Below the pieces are notes generated by a model. It had not been told where the DNA came from and did no database searches. It saw only the letters and a program-made list of their open reading frames with translations. Shown here one piece after another: positions 14,631 to 24,029 of a stretch of DNA of 62,867 bases. Position 1 is the stretch's first letter, and each line of letters starts with the position of its first letter. The stretch comes from an uncultured bacterium. GTDB taxonomy: Bacteria > Fidelibacterota > Marinisomatia > Marinisomatales > UBA1611. The position numbers and the translations under genes are program-made. The stretch covers positions 1 to 62,867 of the forward strand of contig CAZLPW010000006.1 in the NCBI GenBank assembly GCA_964561495.1, in the 5' to 3' direction.

Positions 14631-15664
14631 TTACAGAAAAAATAATAAATTGGAAACAACCATCAGATTGGATAAAAATAGAAACCCTTGATACCCATAC
14701 AGCGGGTGAACCATTAAGGATAATAATAGGTGGATTTCCTAATTTAAAAGGTGAAACTGTTTTAGAAAAAAGGTCTTATTTAAAAGAAAATCATGATGAC
14801 CTAAGAAGTTTAATTATGTCAGAACCTAGAGGGCATAGGGACATGTATGGAGCTCTTTTGGTAAGTCCAGACAACGAAGATTCGGACTTGGGAGTAATCT
14901 TTATGCATAACGATGGTTATTCAACTGGTTGTGGGCACGCTATTATCGCAATAGCAAAAGTTATATTTGGAATAGAAATGTCTAAGTCTAAATTTTTTAA
15001 GCCTTATATAAACATAGATGTTCCTTCAGGAAGAGTAAGGGCGGATGCAATATTAGAAAAAAATAATTTAATGGGCGTTAGATTTAAAAACGTACCTTCT
15101 TTTGTATATAAGATAGATGGTGAATTAAATATAAATGGTTTAGGAAGGATTAAATATGATATAGCTTATGGTGGTGCATATTATGCGATTGTGAATTCTG
15201 AGGATGTGGGTTTGAAATGTGAACCAATGTACCAAAGGGAATTAATTAGTATTGGAATGAAAATAAAAAATACTATTCAAAGTACAATAGATTTAATATG
15301 TCCAATAGATAATAAAAATTTTAATTTGTATGGTACAATCTTTACAGGTCCTCCTGAATATCAAAGCAATCATAGTCGTAATGTTTGCGTTTTTGCGGAT
15401 GGGCAAATAGATAGAAGCCCAACAGGCACTGGGGTGAGTGCCAGAGCTGCTATCCTTTATGAAAGAGGTAAGATAACTTTGAATGAAGAATTAATTATTG
15501 AGAGTATTATTGGTTCAACTTTTAAAGTTTCAATTTCAGAGGCGAATGAAGAAGGTTCGCGTAATACGGTAATCCCAAATGTTAGTGGAGAGGCTTTTAT
15601 AACATCTCGCAATAGTTATATTTTAGATCCAAAAGACCCATATAAGAATGGATTTTTGATATAG
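14627..15664 (+). CDS. Proline racemase-family enzyme, Cys/Thr catalytic pair (trans-3-hydroxy-L-proline dehydratase type)
   Basis: 345 aa. Motifs THTAGEP, SEPRGHRDMYGA; first catalytic Cys in STGCGH (TGT 14930-14932). The second catalytic position reads DRSPTGTGVSA (Thr, ACA 15422-15424) rather than DRSPCGTG. Confidence 0.7.
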   Translation: MITEKIINWKQPSDWIKIETLDTHTAGEPLRIIIGGFPNLKGETVLEKRSYLKENHDDLRSLIMSEPRGHRDMYGALLVSPDNEDSDLGVIFMHNDGYSTGCGHAIIAIAKVIFGIEMSKSKFFKPYINIDVPSGRVRADAILEKNNLMGVRFKNVPSFVYKIDGELNINGLGRIKYDIAYGGAYYAIVNSEDVGLKCEPMYQRELISIGMKIKNTIQSTIDLICPIDNKNFNLYGTIFTGPPEYQSNHSRNVCVFADGQIDRSPTGTGVSARAAILYERGKITLNEELIIESIIGSTFKVSISEANEEGSRNTVIPNVSGEAFITSRNSYILDPKDPYKNGFLI

Positions 15665-15810
15665 AAAGTTTTTGGTCTGTAAATTGAGTTGCGAATAATT
15701 ATTAGTTATGTAGTCTTATGGAAATGAATTTTTTATTATTAACCATTGAAATTAAAAAAACAAGAATTATTATTTAACTTAACGATAGAATTTTTTGGGG
15801 AAATATTTTT

Positions 15811-16701
15811 ATGAGTGATATTACTTTATTGGTGATGGCAGCTGGCATGGGATCAAGGTATGGAGGGTTAAAGCAGCTTGATCCTGTTGGGCCAAATAGA
15901 GAAACTATTATTGATTATTCAATATATGATGCGATTCAGTCAGGATTTAGCCAAGTCGTTTTTATAATAAGAAAAGAATTTGAGAATCAATTCCGTGAAA
16001 ATATAAGTAATAAATATTTAGAAAGAATTGATGTTAAACATGTCTTTCAAGAGTTAGAAAATTTGCCAGATGGATATAAATGCCCGGGCGATAGAAAAAA
16101 ACCGTGGGGTACTGGTCATGCTATATTATGTGCGCAAAAAATTATTAAAAATCCATTTGTAGTAATCAATGGAGATGACTTTTATGGTCTTCATTCATTT
16201 AAGGTCATATATGACTACTACTCCTCTAAAAAACCAAAAGACCCGGGCCTATGCATGGTATCTTATAAACTTGATAACACTCTCTCTAAGCATGGGGCTG
16301 TTACTCGAGGTCTTTGTACGGTCGAATCCTCTTCTTTGACTTCAGTAAAAGAAGTTTCTGGTTTAAAGCGGGCAGATAATGGGGTGCTGTCCGAACTAGA
16401 TTATTTCCTTACCGGGCAAGAGCCCGTCTCTATGAATTTTTGGGGATTCACTCCTGAAATTTTTCAATATTTAAATTATGGATTCAAGGAGTTTATGGAT
16501 AATGAGGGATTAGATTTAAAATCCGAATTTTTGATTCCTACTATTATTAATAATTTAATTAGCAGTGGAAAAGAAAAGATTGAAGTTCTAAATAGTGATT
16601 CAAAATGGTTTGGGGTTACATATTTAGAAGATAAAAAGAATGTTATTGATAAAATTAAAAAATTAACCGATAACAATACTTATCCAAGTCCACTTTTCTA
16701 A
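15811..16701 (+). CDS. Sugar-phosphate nucleotidyltransferase family protein
   Basis: 296 aa. N-terminal LVMAAGMGSRYGGLKQL (GxGxR nucleotide-binding loop) and INGDDFYG. Specificity unknown. Confidence 0.6.
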   Translation: MSDITLLVMAAGMGSRYGGLKQLDPVGPNRETIIDYSIYDAIQSGFSQVVFIIRKEFENQFRENISNKYLERIDVKHVFQELENLPDGYKCPGDRKKPWGTGHAILCAQKIIKNPFVVINGDDFYGLHSFKVIYDYYSSKKPKDPGLCMVSYKLDNTLSKHGAVTRGLCTVESSSLTSVKEVSGLKRADNGVLSELDYFLTGQEPVSMNFWGFTPEIFQYLNYGFKEFMDNEGLDLKSEFLIPTIINNLISSGKEKIEVLNSDSKWFGVTYLEDKKNVIDKIKKLTDNNTYPSPLF

Positions 16702-16703
16702 AC

Positions 16704-17633
16704 GTGCAACCTCAAACACTAAATAAGCAAGAAATATTCTCTCATATTTCTATGAAAGATGCTATCAAACAGATGGAATGGGCTTTCAAAAATATATATG
16801 AAAATTCTTCTATTATTCCAATTAGATCCAACATTGATTTTACCAAAACAGAATCCACTTTGATTATGCCTGGGTTTATCCCTAATAATCCCTTTTATAT
16901 TGTTAAAATAATTAACATAAGCTCAGTTCGAAAACCTTCAATTGTTGGGACTGTTAACGTCTTTGATTTTGAATCTGGTAAACTAATTGCTTTAATGGAT
17001 GCCGCTTCTATCACACAAATAAGAACTGGAGCTGCCTCTGGGTTGGCGACAAAATATTTGTCTCATAAAAATTCCAAATATTTGTGTGTTTTCGGTACTG
17101 GTGTGCAAGCTTTCTCTCAAATAGAAGCTATTCTAGAGGTTAGAGATATCTCTTCTATAGGTATAATTAGCACCAGTTATTCTAAAGGGTTCTCCTTTTC
17201 AAAAAAAATTGAAAAAAAATTCTCTATTGAGTGTCGCCCTCTTAAATGTTTTGATATACCACCTAATTCTATTATTTGCACGGCAACTACCTCACAACTA
17301 CCATTATTTTCAGATCCTTATGTTCCTAATGGTTGCCATATTAATGCTATCGGTTCCTACAAGCCAAGCTCAAGAGAAATTCCTTCAGATACTGTTGTTA
17401 GAGGGAAGATCGTTGTTGATGATCTGAAGTCCTGCTCTTTAGAGGCTGGTGACCTTTTAATTCCAGAAAAAGAAGGTAAGTGGTCCATGGGAAAAATTTA
17501 TTGTGAATTAGGTGAGTTGGTATTAGGATTCGCCTCTCCAAGAGAAAATAATAAAGAAATTACTCTATTTAAGTCTGTTGGCAATGTGATACAGGATCTT
17601 GCTATTGTTAACTATATTATGGATCAATTGTAA
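16704..17633 (+). CDS. Ornithine cyclodeaminase / mu-crystallin family NAD(P)H oxidoreductase (candidate delta1-pyrroline-2-carboxylate reductase)
   Basis: 309 aa from a GTG start. The conserved family N-terminus ([23 protein letters not shown]) precedes the first ATG, supporting GTG. Motifs [33 protein letters not shown]. Confidence 0.75.
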   Translation: MQPQTLNKQEIFSHISMKDAIKQMEWAFKNIYENSSIIPIRSNIDFTKTESTLIMPGFIPNNPFYIVKIINISSVRKPSIVGTVNVFDFESGKLIALMDAASITQIRTGAASGLATKYLSHKNSKYLCVFGTGVQAFSQIEAILEVRDISSIGIISTSYSKGFSFSKKIEKKFSIECRPLKCFDIPPNSIICTATTSQLPLFSDPYVPNGCHINAIGSYKPSSREIPSDTVVRGKIVVDDLKSCSLEAGDLLIPEKEGKWSMGKIYCELGELVLGFASPRENNKEITLFKSVGNVIQDLAIVNYIMDQL

Positions 17634-17656
17634 AAAACCACTTTAAGAAAAAAAAT

Positions 17657-18595
17657 ATGAAAATTCTTGTAACAGGAGGAGCTGGATTTATAGGATCCCA
17701 TCTATGCGAAAAAGTTCTAGAGGAAGGGAACGAAGTCATATGTTTAGACAACTTTTTTACTGGTTCCAAAAAAAATGTTAAACTTTTAGAAAAATTTAAA
17801 TCTTTCCAGGTTGTTGAGCATGATATAACAGAACCCATTGATATTTCTGTTGATCAAATTTACAATCTAGCATGTCCAGCTAGTCCAAAATATTATCAGG
17901 AAGATCCAGTTAAAACCATTAAAACTAATGTTCATGGGTCAATTAATATGCTTGAATTAGCCATGAATAATAATGCTAAAATTCTTCAGGCTTCAACCTC
18001 TGAAGTTTATGGAAACCCAACTGTGCATCCTCAATATGAAAATTATCATGGAAGTGTTAATCCTATTGGCCCTAGAGCATGCTATGATGAAGGTAAGCGT
18101 GCTTCTGAAACTTTGTTTTCCGATTATCATAGGCAATACGAAATTGACATTAGTATTGCCAGAATTTTCAATACCTATGGCCCAAGAATGGAAATAAATG
18201 ATGGCAGAGTAATTTCAAATTTTTTTGTCCAAGCTATCAATAATATGCCTATAACTATCTATGGTGCTGGTGATCATTCAAGATCATTTTGTTATATTGA
18301 TGATTTAGTTGATGGGTTAACTAGGTTAATGCATAGTAGCATTTCTGAACCAATTAATTTAGGAAACCCTAGCGAAGTTTCAATATTAGAATTGGCCAAA
18401 GAAATTAAAGAAATTTCTGGATCTTCTAGCGAAATCGTCTTCAGTGAATTACCTGTAGATGACCCTTTAAAGCGCAAACCTGATATAAAAAGAGCGCGAA
18501 AATTATTAAAATGGGAACCACGTATTTCAAGATCAGAAGGCTTGTTAAAGACCTATGAATATTATAATAGGCTCATTCAAAATTCAAATTCATAG
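17657..18595 (+). CDS. uxs: UDP-glucuronate decarboxylase (UDP-xylose synthase)
   Basis: 312 aa. Motifs [48 protein letters not shown] (YxxxK), [11 protein letters not shown]. Confidence 0.88.
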   Translation: MKILVTGGAGFIGSHLCEKVLEEGNEVICLDNFFTGSKKNVKLLEKFKSFQVVEHDITEPIDISVDQIYNLACPASPKYYQEDPVKTIKTNVHGSINMLELAMNNNAKILQASTSEVYGNPTVHPQYENYHGSVNPIGPRACYDEGKRASETLFSDYHRQYEIDISIARIFNTYGPRMEINDGRVISNFFVQAINNMPITIYGAGDHSRSFCYIDDLVDGLTRLMHSSISEPINLGNPSEVSILELAKEIKEISGSSSEIVFSELPVDDPLKRKPDIKRARKLLKWEPRISRSEGLLKTYEYYNRLIQNSNS

Positions 18596-18622
18596 AAAAA
18601 TAGAGTATCCATAAAATTTTTT

Positions 18623-19456
18623 ATGAAAGTTTCGGTCATTATACCTACCTATAATCGTATTCAATTCGTTGGAACAGCAATAAAATCAATAATAAATCAA
18701 ACTTATAAGCCTCTAGAAATAATTCTAATTGATGATGGTTCTAACGATGGAACATCTGATATGGTGAAAAAACAATTTCCTTTTGTTGAATTGTTTTATC
18801 AGCCTAATAGTGGAGTTAGTTGCGCTAGAAATAAAGGTATTAAAATGGCTCGGGGTGATTGGATTGCCTTTCTCGATTCAGATGATGAATGGCTTCCTCA
18901 AAAGTTAAACAAACAAACTCATTCCATTCGTAATAACCCTAATATTTTATTTTTTCATTCGAATGAAATCTGGATAAAGGATGGCTTGCGAATTAATCAA
19001 GGGAAAAAACACGCAAAATACGGGGGGTGGATATTTGAAAAATGTTTGGATATATGTCGAATTTCACCATCTTCTGTAGTTATGCATAAATCAATATTTC
19101 AAAATATTGGTTTGTTTGATGAGGACCTTCAAATTTGTGAGGATTACGATATGTGGTTGCGTGTAACCGCTAGGTACAAAGTATTTTATTCGAATGAATT
19201 TTTAATTAACAAATATGGTGGGCATGATGATCAGCTTTCAAAAGCTCTAAATGGAATAGAAAATTATAGAGCCTATGCAATCGAAAAATTACTTAGGCAA
19301 GGAGGATTGAATAAAATGCAATATATGATAGCTATGGATATGTTAATAAAAAAATTAGAAGTATATAAAGCAGGGCTACTAAAAAGAGATAAGGAAAAAG
19401 AAGCAATAAAAATAGAAAAAAAGATTCGATTTTGGGCTAGCAAATCCAATTATTAG
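18623..19456 (+). CDS. Glycosyltransferase family 2
   Basis: 277 aa. Motifs VSVIIPTYNR, IDDGSNDGT, FLDSDDEW (DxD). Confidence 0.8.
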   Translation: MKVSVIIPTYNRIQFVGTAIKSIINQTYKPLEIILIDDGSNDGTSDMVKKQFPFVELFYQPNSGVSCARNKGIKMARGDWIAFLDSDDEWLPQKLNKQTHSIRNNPNILFFHSNEIWIKDGLRINQGKKHAKYGGWIFEKCLDICRISPSSVVMHKSIFQNIGLFDEDLQICEDYDMWLRVTARYKVFYSNEFLINKYGGHDDQLSKALNGIENYRAYAIEKLLRQGGLNKMQYMIAMDMLIKKLEVYKAGLLKRDKEKEAIKIEKKIRFWASKSNY

Positions 19457-19545
19457 TTAAAAAAACATTTTTTTATAATTAATTAACTTTTTAGTTAATA
19501 ATAATCGTAAAATAGCTAGACAGAACTAAAATAAATGTTTAATTA

Positions 19546-20502
19546 ATGTTAATTATAGATAAGATAAAAAATAACCCATCCTCAGTTCTCGTTTTTGGTG
19601 ATATTATGTTAGATGAGTTTATTATTGGTAGTGTTGATCGGATCTCTCCTGAAGCTCCTGTTCCTATTGTTGTGGGTGAGGAAAACTTAACCACTCTTGG
19701 TGGGTGTGGAAATGTAATCAGAAATTTATTTAACATCGGGGTTAATATTAATTTGATTAGTGCTGTAGGAGATGATTCCACGGGGGAGATAATAAAGAAA
19801 AAAATAGATGAAATGGGTTTAAAGTATGACGGGCTTTCAATATGTAAAAAAACTAAATCTACTAGGAAAATGCGGGTAATTGCTGAAAGACAACACATCG
19901 TGCGTGTTGACTGGGATTCTAATGGTTTAAATAAATTAGATTCCAGAAAGACCTTGGATGTGATTTCGAAAGGCCTTCAATATTCTGATGGAGTTATTAT
20001 TAGTGATTATGATAAAGGTTTTTGTACTAATGAAATAACAAGTTTTTTAATTAAAGAAGCTCAAAAAAACCAGACAGATGTTTTTATTGATCCTAAGGGC
20101 AGAGACTGGACTAAATATTCTGGTGCAACTGTAATTACGCCTAATTTAAAGGAAGCCGAAATGATTCTTGGTGATTCTATTGGAAATGATACAGCGGTTG
20201 AGTTAGCTGGGAAAAAAATATGTGGTCTTTATAATATTAAAACATGTATTATTACTCGAGGTTCAGAGGGTATTTCAGTAATTAATAAAAATCAGTGTTT
20301 GCATATTCCTTCAAATGCAAGAGAAGTCTTTGATGTAAGTGGCGCTGGTGATACAGTAATAGCATGTTTAACTTCAGCTTTATTATCTGGCATTGATCTA
20401 ATTCAAGCAGTAACTTTCGCAAATAGCGCGGCGGGATTAGTTGTGGGGCACGTTGGAACTGTACCTATTAGAATGGATGAATTAAAGTCAATAGAGTTTT
20501 AA
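19546..20502 (+). CDS. hldA: D-glycero-beta-D-manno-heptose-7-phosphate kinase (RfaE/HldE domain I only; PfkB family)
   Basis: 318 aa. VLVFGDIMLDEFIIGSVDRISPEAPVPIV...LGGCGNV closely parallels the HldE N-terminus. C-terminal VFDVSGAGDTVIA (PfkB motif). No adenylyltransferase domain. Confidence 0.75.
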   Translation: MLIIDKIKNNPSSVLVFGDIMLDEFIIGSVDRISPEAPVPIVVGEENLTTLGGCGNVIRNLFNIGVNINLISAVGDDSTGEIIKKKIDEMGLKYDGLSICKKTKSTRKMRVIAERQHIVRVDWDSNGLNKLDSRKTLDVISKGLQYSDGVIISDYDKGFCTNEITSFLIKEAQKNQTDVFIDPKGRDWTKYSGATVITPNLKEAEMILGDSIGNDTAVELAGKKICGLYNIKTCIITRGSEGISVINKNQCLHIPSNAREVFDVSGAGDTVIACLTSALLSGIDLIQAVTFANSAAGLVVGHVGTVPIRMDELKSIEF

Positions 20503-20513
20503 TAAGAAATTAT

Positions 20514-23500
20514 ATGGATAAAATTAAAATATTTAGAAGCCTTTCGGGTATTTTTTGGCTATGTATATGTCTCAATGCTCAGTCTTGGGTTGAAGTAAGT
20601 TCATCAGACCCAAAAGAATCTGCTTGGACTGTGAATTCTTTATCAAATAACACAACTCAGGTCTTTTTTGAGTTGTCTGGTTTTTACATGGTTGATAATA
20701 AGGATAATAAAAAAAGTATCAACTTTCCTGATAGTGCACCAATATTAGAATCTGGAGATCCAGACCTTCCGCAAGTCGCGAGATCAATAATTATTCCTGA
20801 TGTGGCAAACATGATTCTAGAGGTAATTAAATCGGAATTTATTGATATACCAGATGTTGATATTATTTCTTCCAAGGGCAACTTATACCGGAACACCCCT
20901 ATTTCTTCAGTCCCCTTTACTTACAGTGAAGTCTATGAAAAGGATCTTTTCTATCCAGAAAAGATTGCCTTTCTTAGAGACCCATACATTTTAGGTTTTG
21001 TGAGGGGGCAAACAATAGTTATCCGCCCTATTCAATATAATCCAATAAGTAATACTTTGCGTGTATATACTAAGATTGAATTAAAAATCAAAGAAGATGG
21101 AGTGAGTACAATTAATCCGCTAGTCCAGTATCCTTCAAAAAATATTATTAATCGCAGTCATCACCTTATTTACGAGGATCATTTTTTAAATTATTCTAGT
21201 ACTGCTTTGAGGTATGATCCTCTAGGTGAACTAGGTAAGATGCTTGTAATTTGTCATGGCCCCTTTATGGATGCAATGGCTCCCTTCATAGAATGGAAAA
21301 ATGTTAAAGGCATTCCTACTGAAATTATAGACGTTAATGATATTGGTAGTAGTTCTGATGAAATAAAAGAGTTTGTAGAAAATTATTATTACCAAGAGAG
21401 CTTGGCTTTTTTGCTTTTAGTGGGTGATATAGAGCATATCCCATCGCCACGTTTTTCACTTGGGAACGGATCCAATAGTCCAGCCGATCCTTCTTATGGT
21501 TTTCTAGCAGGTGATGATTTTTATCCTGAGGTTTTTGTAGGGCGGTTTTCTGCTGAAGATACGGTACATGTAAATACAATGGTATCTCGAACGATTGCTT
21601 ATGAAAGATATCCAGAACCTAATGGTGATTGGTTCAAAAAAGGTTCAGGTTTTGCTTCCAATCAAGGCCCTGGAGATGATGGGGAGTATGATGATGATCA
21701 CTTGGATATAATCAGAGAAAAACTTCTGGACTATAATTATATAGAGATTGATCAGATATATGACCCTACTGGGACTGTTTCTCAAGGCGAAAGCGCAATT
21801 AACGAAGGAAGGTCAATTATAAACTATACTGGGCACGGTTCAAATTCAGGTTGGGGCAATGGTTGTCCTATGAACAATACAGATGTAAATAGTTTAGTGA
21901 ATACAGATGGGAAATGGCCGTTTATATGGACCGTTGCCTGTGTTACTGGAGAGTTCCATGTAGGCACATGTTTTGCCGAAACTTGGCTGAGGGCAACACA
22001 TGACGATCAGCCTTCGGGGGCATTAGCAAAATTTGCATCTACAGTAAATGCCGCATGGAATCCTCCAATGGATGCTCAGGATGAAATGAATTCAATTTTT
22101 GTTGAGTCCTATGAAAATAATATAAAGCGTACTTTTGGAGGCCTTTCATTAAACGGTTGTATGGAAATGAATGATAACTATGGAACTGCTGGTTACCATG
22201 AAACTTTATTTTGGACAATCTTTGGTGATCCTTCTGTTGTTGTCCGTTCTGATATACCTCAGGAATTAAATATAAATTTTGAAAGTATATTGATCATTGG
22301 TGAGACTGAATATAGTCTTAATACAGGTGCTGGAGGGGCTAATGTTGCAATCTCTAGGAACGGGAACTTATTAGGTGGGGCTATTTCTGATGTTAGTGGA
22401 AATGCTTTAGTCGTTTTTGAAAATCCTATAGAAGTCCCAGGTGAGCTCCTGTTGGTTGTTACTGGATATAACTCGATTCCTTTTGAAGCATCAATAAATG
22501 CTATTGCACCTGAAGGCCCGTATGTTCTATTAGAAGAATTTAATGTTTATTCAAGTGGGTGGTCAGACGAAAACGATAATTTAAATTTTGGAGAGACAGG
22601 TTACATGATGGTAAATGTAAATAATTCAGGAAATGAGGATGCAAATGGTTTAATATTAAATCTATACAACCCAGATGGGTTAGTAAGTTTAGATGTTAGT
22701 TCATTTGAAATAGATTCGCTTCTATCTGGTCAAGATAGTTTGGTCGGACCTTTCCAATTTCAGATTGGAGTCAATATTGAAGATCAGCAGGAAATTAATT
22801 TTATCTTGGATGCTGTATCGGGTGAGCAGAGCTGGGAATATGAAATTGATATATCGGCGAATGCGCCAAACTTTGATATTGTTAGTTTAAGTTTTGCCAA
22901 TTTAAGTTTAGATCCTGGGGATTCGGACAGCCTTAACATTGTAATTGAAAATATTGGCCATGCTCCCCTTCATCTCCCAGATTTTAATTTAAATACTATT
23001 GACCCAAATTTTACAATAAATGGTGATTTTAATAGTAGTAATAATGATCCTTATTGGGATATTGAAAGTCAAATCAGTATAAATTGTCTTTTGACGGCAG
23101 AGGAAGAGGTGTTGCCTGGTTATACTGGCTTAATTAGTTTAAACATAGGATCGTTAAATAATTCATCCTATGGATTTTATTTGTCAATACCAGTTACAGT
23201 TGGTCTAATGGTTGAAGATTTTGAGGATGGTGACTTTAATTCATTTAATTGGTTGCATGATGGTCCATCTAATTGGTTTATTTCTAATGACGAAAGCTAT
23301 CAGGGTGAATTTGCAGCTAGGTCTGGAGAAATTGGGAATAGTGAATTTACAACCCTTAAAATAGAATTAAATCTTCCGTATAGTGGCGAGTTGAGTTTCA
23401 GAGCCAAAACATCCACCCAGTCAGGCGATATTTTGGCATTTTTTGTAAATGATGTGCAATATGGATCTGATTTGATGGGTGTTTCAGGTTGGGCTGAGTA

Positions 23501-23813
23501 TAGTTTTGATATAGATGCTGGTGAAAAGATATTTTCATGGGTTTATAAAAAAGATCAATTTGGAAGCGCTGGGGAAGATATGGTTATGTTAGATTGGATA
23601 ACATTCCCAGCTGGTGCGCGGCCCCATATTGATTATGGTGATCTTAATCAGGATAGCAATGTTAATGTTCTAGACATTATACTAACTGTTGCAAATATAA
23701 TTGGCCAGCTTGTTTTGGATGAAGACCAATTGTTAGCTGCAGATATGAATTCAGATGGTGCTGTCGATGTATTTGATGTGATGCTAATCGTTGATGCGGC
23801 ATTCCAGCAATAG
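20514..23813 (+). CDS. Secreted peptidase C25 (gingipain-like cysteine protease) with C-terminal beta-sandwich and dockerin-like module
   Basis: 1099 aa with a signal peptide. The catalytic block closely parallels my recollection of RgpB: INYTGHGSNSGWG (His), WTVACVTGEF (Cys), CFAETWLRA, AAWNPPMDAQDEMNSIF, NIKRTFGG, FWTIFGDPSVVVRS. The C-terminus GDLNQDSNVNVLDIILTV...ADMNSDGAVDVFDVMLIV is a duplicated Ca-binding dockerin repeat. Confidence 0.85.
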   Translation: MDKIKIFRSLSGIFWLCICLNAQSWVEVSSSDPKESAWTVNSLSNNTTQVFFELSGFYMVDNKDNKKSINFPDSAPILESGDPDLPQVARSIIIPDVANMILEVIKSEFIDIPDVDIISSKGNLYRNTPISSVPFTYSEVYEKDLFYPEKIAFLRDPYILGFVRGQTIVIRPIQYNPISNTLRVYTKIELKIKEDGVSTINPLVQYPSKNIINRSHHLIYEDHFLNYSSTALRYDPLGELGKMLVICHGPFMDAMAPFIEWKNVKGIPTEIIDVNDIGSSSDEIKEFVENYYYQESLAFLLLVGDIEHIPSPRFSLGNGSNSPADPSYGFLAGDDFYPEVFVGRFSAEDTVHVNTMVSRTIAYERYPEPNGDWFKKGSGFASNQGPGDDGEYDDDHLDIIREKLLDYNYIEIDQIYDPTGTVSQGESAINEGRSIINYTGHGSNSGWGNGCPMNNTDVNSLVNTDGKWPFIWTVACVTGEFHVGTCFAETWLRATHDDQPSGALAKFASTVNAAWNPPMDAQDEMNSIFVESYENNIKRTFGGLSLNGCMEMNDNYGTAGYHETLFWTIFGDPSVVVRSDIPQELNINFESILIIGETEYSLNTGAGGANVAISRNGNLLGGAISDVSGNALVVFENPIEVPGELLLVVTGYNSIPFEASINAIAPEGPYVLLEEFNVYSSGWSDENDNLNFGETGYMMVNVNNSGNEDANGLILNLYNPDGLVSLDVSSFEIDSLLSGQDSLVGPFQFQIGVNIEDQQEINFILDAVSGEQSWEYEIDISANAPNFDIVSLSFANLSLDPGDSDSLNIVIENIGHAPLHLPDFNLNTIDPNFTINGDFNSSNNDPYWDIESQISINCLLTAEEEVLPGYTGLISLNIGSLNNSSYGFYLSIPVTVGLMVEDFEDGDFNSFNWLHDGPSNWFISNDESYQGEFAARSGEIGNSEFTTLKIELNLPYSGELSFRAKTSTQSGDILAFFVNDVQYGSDLMGVSGWAEYSFDIDAGEKIFSWVYKKDQFGSAGEDMVMLDWITFPAGARPHIDYGDLNQDSNVNVLDIILTVANIIGQLVLDEDQLLAADMNSDGAVDVFDVMLIVDAAFQQ

Positions 23814-23837
23814 GGAATTGATTTTTCATCTTTAAAA

Positions 23838-24000
23838 TAATAGTAGTTGTTTTATATATTTTATTTTATCCTGTTTAATTTTAATTATGATAACTACCAA
23901 TAATAAAAAAAATATTTAAAAATACTGGTAGTTGACTTGGTAGTTGTATATTTATATTTAAATTATATGGTTTTTTTAATAGTAGTTGTTTAGGTAGTTA
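23838..24000. promoter_or_regulatory. Array of six (T/A)GGTAGTT-type motifs (five direct, one inverted) upstream of the wbpE-like operon
   Basis: Copies at 23841-23849 (TAGTAGTTG), 23892-23899 (inverted AACTACCA), 23926-23934 and 23938-23946 (TGGTAGTTG x2, 12-bp phase), 23980-23988 (TAGTAGTTG) and 23992-24000 (AGGTAGTTA, 12-bp phase). In addition, the 15-mer TAATAGTAGTTGTTT occurs at both 23838-23852 and 23977-23991. Confidence 0.6.
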
Positions 24001-24029
24001 ATAAAGAATTTTAAAAGTTTTATGTAATT

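Noticed and set aside
17209-17427. Same-strand alternative-frame ORFs nested in larger genes (17209-17427, 17973-18197, 28297-28485, 35542-35730).
   Set aside because: They overlap out of frame with well-supported CDS (OCD-family reductase, UXS, ATP sulfurylase, Wza). Their translations are hydrophobic and low-complexity with no motifs or plausible starts.
23838-24000. Possible CRISPR array or minisatellite, considered because of the repeated TAGTAGTTG / TGGTAGTTG units.
   Set aside because: The repeat units are only 8-9 nt with 3-4-nt spacers within pairs and irregular distances between pairs. One copy is inverted. There are no cas genes. The pattern fits protein-binding sites, not a CRISPR array.
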